In this document: positions 59,939 through 64,000 of the stretch, piece by piece
Position numbering within the stretch: the stretch's first letter is position 1
Layout of the letters: each line of letters opens with the position of its first letter
Source: Leptospirales bacterium
GTDB taxonomy: Bacteria; Spirochaetota; Leptospiria; Turneriellales; JAOUFE01
Length of the DNA: 64,000 nt
Direction of reading: 5' to 3'
Assembly (NCBI GenBank): GCA_040326155.1
Contig: JBEQLE010000008.1
Span: 1 to 64,000, forward strand
The notes under the pieces: model-generated
Databases searched by the model: none
What the model was told of the DNA's origin: nothing
Seen by the model: the letters and a program-made list of their open reading frames with translations, nothing else
Made by a program: the position numbers and the translations under genes

Positions 59939-60322
59939 TTTTTAGTGGATTTGTAAACTTCGTTTTCGAATTTTCATTATACAATATTTATATTTACTTT
60001 TCCGGCTGACCGCCGGGGAGGGTGTCACTTTTCTTTTTCCGCAAAAATAAAAGTAACCAAAAGAAAAACGCCCCATCCCGCCGCCCTCCTGGCGGGGGGA
60101 TGGGGGAGATTAAGCCTCCCGGTATTGGTTCTCTAAAAGGAAATTTCTGGCTGCGCGTTTTGGTACAATTTGCAGTGCGGAAATCTACCAAATTCTTCCT
60201 TGTATCCACGACTTCAAGTTTTTTCACTTTGACATCCGTATACAAAGTGTTAATGGCAATTATGTTAGGCATGTTTTGAATATTGTATTTACTATTTGAT
60301 TTATTTACCAAAAATATCCTAA

Positions 60323-60532
60323 ATGTCATCTTACCTAGAAAAAGTCCCTACAACAGAAGTAAACCTTGAATCAATTTGGGGTACAGGAAAATTTTTTTTC
60401 CTGGAAAGGTTTCATAAATCTATAGCAGAATCTCATCCGTGTGTGAATTTCAACGCATGGCAAAATGATTATTCTGAAGATCCCTTCTTCTCTTTTTTTT
60501 CTGAACTTCACTCTCACATAACCTATTTATAA
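60323..60532 (+). pseudogene. KAP-family P-loop NTPase N-terminal relic
   Basis: LESIWGTGKFFFL...VNFNAWQNDYSEDPFFSFF: degenerate Walker A and the KAP FNAW..D...DP motif. Confidence 0.7.
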
Positions 60533-60765
60533 CTATATTACTTTCTCTATCTAGTGCAGTGTCTGTTTAATTTGTTCCGTTAGCGCTATCAGGGCTCAGG
60601 CCTCGTAAGATTCAGTGTAGGTTTTTCACAGCAACATTCGTATGTGAAGTGTTGGGTGGAATGGCTGGGATTATTCGAAAGTTTATTTACTCAGTTTATA
60701 TTTAATTTGTTTTAAATGAAATACTTATATCAAGTTAATATTACAGTCATAATTGTGCCGCAAAA

Positions 60766-61071
60766 TCAGGCTATCTTACTTAACTTAATATTTATTTTAT
60801 ATCCCAAGGCAGATAATACTCTAATCATAAAATCAGTTGAAAAATCTGTTCTACTTCTATTTAGCAAAGCTGTGATGCGCGTTCTGGCTGTTCCGACTTT
60901 CTTAGCAATTTCTGCATGAGTCAGCTTAGAACGATCTGCTAGCAGAATTATTTTGTCATTAAGGCTTGAACGAAATTCCCATTCAATAGCATCAGACTCA
61001 GGCAGTCCTAATACTTTTGCTAATTCCTTGGCATCCTTAGCCGCAATTATTTTTGAATTCTCATTTTTCAT
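60766..61071 (-). CDS. XRE/HTH antitoxin (HigA-like)
   Basis: LTHAEIAKKVGTARTRITALL...FSTDFMIRVLSALG; overlaps the toxin stop. Confidence 0.85.
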   Translation of the reverse strand: MKNENSKIIAAKDAKELAKVLGLPESDAIEWEFRSSLNDKIILLADRSKLTHAEIAKKVGTARTRITALLNRSRTDFSTDFMIRVLSALGYKINIKLSKIA

Positions 61072-61399
61072 TTAAATGCTCCACAATTTCTTTTAAACGT
61101 AATCTTCCTGTATTTATTTCTTTCAAAGGTGTTTTATTTGATTTTTTTTGAAACATGTGAAATACAATAATTGAATCTTTTATTTTTGTATAATAGAACA
61201 CTCTATACGCGTTTCCAGCTTCTTTTAACCTTAGTTCAAAAACTCCTTTTTTTATAGTCGTAAATGGTTTAGATTCTGGAGGTCCCAAAGTTTTTCCTAG
61301 TTGTAGATCAAAAATCAAATCACCTATTTTCTTCCTTACTTCGGTATCACAAGCTCGCAGGTATTTTACTACTTCAGAATGGAATAAAGTACCTTTCAC
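61061..61399 (-). CDS. RelE/HigB (Gp49-like) toxin
   Basis: GVFELRLKEAGNAYRVFY...HMFQKKSNKTP.KEI; toxin-first gene order. Confidence 0.88.
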   Translation of the reverse strand: MKGTLFHSEVVKYLRACDTEVRKKIGDLIFDLQLGKTLGPPESKPFTTIKKGVFELRLKEAGNAYRVFYYTKIKDSIIVFHMFQKKSNKTPLKEINTGRLRLKEIVEHLNEK

Positions 61400-61404
61400 A
61401 ATTC

Positions 61405-61433
61405 AATGTATTGTTTTTAATACATATAGTCAA
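61405..61433 (-). promoter_or_regulatory. Promoter/operator of the HigBA-like operon, probably leaderless
   Basis: TTGACT-N17-TACATT with 5 nt to GTG; ATGTATT-N6-AATACAT inverted repeat. Confidence 0.6.
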
Positions 61434-61521
61434 CTTTTATTCCGTTCTGCCAGCCACAACCGATAATAAATTTTCATCTGCTCGCGCCAGACTGCGCGGT
61501 CAATTAGGCCACCCCAAAGAG

Positions 61522-61586
61522 TCCATCTTCGTATCTTAATCATGTCAATCCTGTAAATCCTGTCTAATTCTTCTTCTCCCTCCCTG
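61522..61586 (+). repeat. 65-bp direct repeat, left of vapBC
   Basis: 62/65 identical to 62375-62439; core AATCCTGTAAATCCTGTC. Confidence 0.85.
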
Positions 61587-61660
61587 TATTTTTAGTTGCC
61601 AACACACATGTTATAACATATATTATGTTCAATATACTGCATATTGGAGGTAAACACATT

Positions 61661-61891
61661 ATGGGTCAATTATCGATTTACATAGATAATGAAACTTTGA
61701 AAAAAGTAGAGCAAGCGGCAGAAAATGAAAGTGTTTCGGTTTCGAAATGGATTACAAGTCGCCTGAAAAATTCTTTTCAAACAAACTGGGACGAGAGTTT
61801 CTTTTCCTTATATGGATCGATTAACGATAGTTCTTTTAAAAGGCCTGAGCAAATTAGCTACGAGCATGATTCAAAAAGAGAAACGTTGTGA
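61661..61891 (+). CDS. vapB: VapB antitoxin (RHH-like)
   Basis: GGAGG SD; QLSIYIDNETLKKVEQAA...SVSKWI; overlaps the vapC start; upstream TTGCCA-N17-TATATT with ATGTTATAACAT palindrome. Confidence 0.85.
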   Translation: MGQLSIYIDNETLKKVEQAAENESVSVSKWITSRLKNSFQTNWDESFFSLYGSINDSSFKRPEQISYEHDSKRETL

Positions 61892-62289
61892 ATATTTTTT
61901 TAGATTCAAATATTTGCATCTACTATTTAACCGGGAAGTATCCGGTTATTACGGAAAATATAAAAAACAACGACCCGATACGTGTAAAAATTCCATCTCT
62001 CGTAAAGGCCGAATTAACGGTAGGTGCGCTCAAAAGCAAAAGACAAACCGAAAACCTGCATATAATAAATACTTTTCTTTCTTACTTTGAAATTATTCCA
62101 TTCGGCAATATGGAATCTGAAATTTATGCCGAAGTAAGAGCTAGCCTGGAAACATCCGGTAAAATAATTGGCCCCAATGACCTGATTATTGCAGCGACGG
62201 TGATGGCAAACAATGGTATACTAATTACCAATAATGAAAAAGAGTTTAAAAGGGTGAAGAATCTGCGTATCGAAAACTGGGTGAAATAA
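61888..62289 (+). CDS. vapC: VapC PIN-domain toxin
   Basis: FLDSNICIY, AEL..GA.KS, IGPNDLIIAA, LITNNEKEF.RV. Confidence 0.93.
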   Translation: MNIFLDSNICIYYLTGKYPVITENIKNNDPIRVKIPSLVKAELTVGALKSKRQTENLHIINTFLSYFEIIPFGNMESEIYAEVRASLETSGKIIGPNDLIIAATVMANNGILITNNEKEFKRVKNLRIENWVK

Positions 62290-62374
62290 TCTTTATAAAA
62301 AAAAGAGTTACTATTAGTACTTCGTCTTTTAGTTATGAAACTCACCTTCCTCTTCGGGTTTTACGCCCGAAAAA

Positions 62375-62439
62375 TCCATCTTCGTATCTTAATCATATCA
62401 ATCCTGTAAATCCTGTCTAATTCCTTTTCTCCCTCCCTG
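62375..62439 (+). repeat. 65-bp direct repeat, right of vapBC
   Basis: 62/65 identical to 61522-61586. Confidence 0.85.
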
Positions 62440-62520
62440 CTTTCCTCATAGCCATTCTTTTCTTTATTATTTTATAATAAATATTGACAAAACAGATTCT
62501 CTTTACTAATATAATTAGCA

Positions 62521-63177
62521 ATGGAAAAACAAAATGCTACATCGGCAATTCAGAGGTCATGGATTCTAATTTTACTCTTTCTCGCTGTGGGATGTTCGCA
62601 AATTCCCGAGCACTTGAAATCTGTTCCGCTCGATGCTAAAGACACTAAGCCGTTGTCCGTAAACCAGGACATTCCGAATGTTGATATGGAAATTGAAGGC
62701 ACCGAATTTCGAGAATATGTAACCGGAAAACCACTTATACTGATTTTCTACAGGGGTGGATGGTGTCCGTATTGCAATACTCACTTTGGTGAAATTTCAA
62801 CAATTCAAGATGAGTTGATTTCGATGGGAGTACGTATAATTGCGATTAGCCCCGACAGTCAGGAAAGTTTAATGAGTACGAAAGAAAAACATATGATGAA
62901 ATATGAACTTGTCTCTGATCAAGATGCGAAAATTATTGCCGCTTTTGGTTTAGCTTACCGGGTAACGGACAAACGGGTTTCTATTTACAAGCAACACAAA
63001 ATGGATATTGAAAAAGCCTCCGGTCGAAACCATAGAGTATTGCCGGTTCCAGCAGTTTATCTGGTCAATTCAAAAGGAACCATCATTTACAAATATGCCA
63101 ACCCAGACTACAAAGTCAGATTGCAACCTGAAGAACTATTAAAAGAGGTAAAGGCTCTTATTGAAAACGAAATGTAG
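62521..63177 (+). CDS. AhpC/TSA peroxiredoxin-like lipoprotein
   Basis: Lipobox LAVG-C; FYRGGWCPYC; LPVPAVYLV...YANPDYKVR. Confidence 0.88.
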   Translation: MEKQNATSAIQRSWILILLFLAVGCSQIPEHLKSVPLDAKDTKPLSVNQDIPNVDMEIEGTEFREYVTGKPLILIFYRGGWCPYCNTHFGEISTIQDELISMGVRIIAISPDSQESLMSTKEKHMMKYELVSDQDAKIIAAFGLAYRVTDKRVSIYKQHKMDIEKASGRNHRVLPVPAVYLVNSKGTIIYKYANPDYKVRLQPEELLKEVKALIENEM

Positions 63178-63260
63178 GGTTTCGGTCAATTTACAGATTG
63201 ACCAATAATGTTTGAGAATATTACTTGACCGTTCGCAATCCATGAATCAGACGGTATATA

Positions 63261-64000
63261 ATGAAATCGGGCGCAAATTATAATCAATTTTCAGGTGAAC
63301 AAAGACATTCGCTTCAAAAGCTGGCTCAAAACCTTTTGGTGTTGGCAGATGTCCAGGCGAAAGAACTTGAAGTTCGTTTAATTGAACTTGAAATAGACCC
63401 TCCTTTTTTTCTGTATAAACCATGCTCTTTATTATCGCGCGGTGTAACTCCAGGTAAAGTAGAAGCCATTATTTTAAACTATATCGATACCGGTAATTTT
63501 AAAGGGTATGAAAGAGCCAAACGCAAGTGTGTCACGCTGTTTACCAAAACCTTTGGACTCGGTCACTCTGTACTCACCGATGAATTTAATGATTATTTTG
63601 GAATAGACATACTGAAGGAACCTTCTGAGGAGCAAACCAAAGAAGATGATGACGAAGACGACGATTTTAATGTTCCAAAGTTTGTTAACGATATCTGGGA
63701 CAAAGAACCGATGTCCGATAAAACTCTCGCTTTAGAAGAGTTTCTTACTTCTACCCCTTTCGATCAGTGGTCCGGTCTTGTACCTCAATTTGCCAGAGAT
63801 TACGCAAGGCAATTTATAGCAGCCTTAGCCGGAGCCAGCGGTAGCGCTATTGCAATTGTAATGCGATACCTTCAGGAAGAACCCGAAATATCTGAAGAAA
63901 TTGCTATTTCGCTTAGTGAGCAAGAGTACACGGAAGAGACCGTGATCATGGCCCAGGAAATGGTTATAATGTTAATTCAACAAGAATTGGATAAAAGCGA
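63261..64000 (+). CDS. Hypothetical protein with FliG C-terminal-like region; runs off window end
   Basis: Manual translation is open to the edge: MKSGANY...EIDPPFFLYKPCSLLSRGVTPGKVEAIIL...FIAALAGASGSAIAIVMRYL...EETVIMAQEMVIMLIQQ; absent from the ORF track. Confidence 0.6.
   Translation, partial: MKSGANYNQFSGEQRHSLQKLAQNLLVLADVQAKELEVRLIELEIDPPFFLYKPCSLLSRGVTPGKVEAIILNYIDTGNFKGYERAKRKCVTLFTKTFGLGHSVLTDEFNDYFGIDILKEPSEEQTKEDDDEDDDFNVPKFVNDIWDKEPMSDKTLALEEFLTSTPFDQWSGLVPQFARDYARQFIAALAGASGSAIAIVMRYLQEEPEISEEIAISLSEQEYTEETVIMAQEMVIMLIQQELDKS

Noticed and set aside
59811..60200. T-box riboswitch upstream of valS
   Set aside because: No GGTGGNACCGCG-type T-box consensus on the minus strand; the hairpins are better explained as repeat elements.
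60551..60680. IS5-like end (minus strand ...AAACAGACACTGCACTAG) with an IIPAIPP peptide
   Set aside because: Too short; no partner IR or transposase motif to support it.

Overview
Bacterial chromosomal window, AT-rich. The gene repertoire (7TM-DISM regulators, HAMP adenylate cyclase plus FecR-like gene, NHL/Asp-box propeller lipoproteins) suggests a Leptospirales-like spirochaete; this is an inference. The central and right parts carry housekeeping genes (metH, priA, acyl-CoA dehydrogenase, mlaEFD, hemN, valS). Accessory DNA lies at about 1-18 kb and 60-62.5 kb: the start of an IS256 element interrupting an NHL-repeat gene, three 7-bladed Asp-box lipoproteins next to 7TM-DISM sensor/regulators, three type II TA modules, an ABC-ATPase + DUF4276/TOPRIM-like pair, gene relics, and two families of dispersed structured repeats. 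The most striking unannotated signal is at 9468-9914: a 52-aa basic protein with an ArfA/BrfA-like KSKK-x-Y-x-RK-x-KHK motif, preceded by a 26-codon uORF whose stop codon lies in an antiterminator that competes with an intrinsic terminator. This is a candidate translation-sensing attenuator controlling a ribosome-rescue-like factor. Other oddities are a CDGSH-ferredoxin-CDGSH-Rieske-ThDP oxidase fusion, a histidine-free globin-like protein, a degenerate MlaF ATPase and a MotA/FliG-like hybrid. No rRNA, tRNA or CRISPR array was seen. All family assignments are motif recognition by eye; no database search was run.
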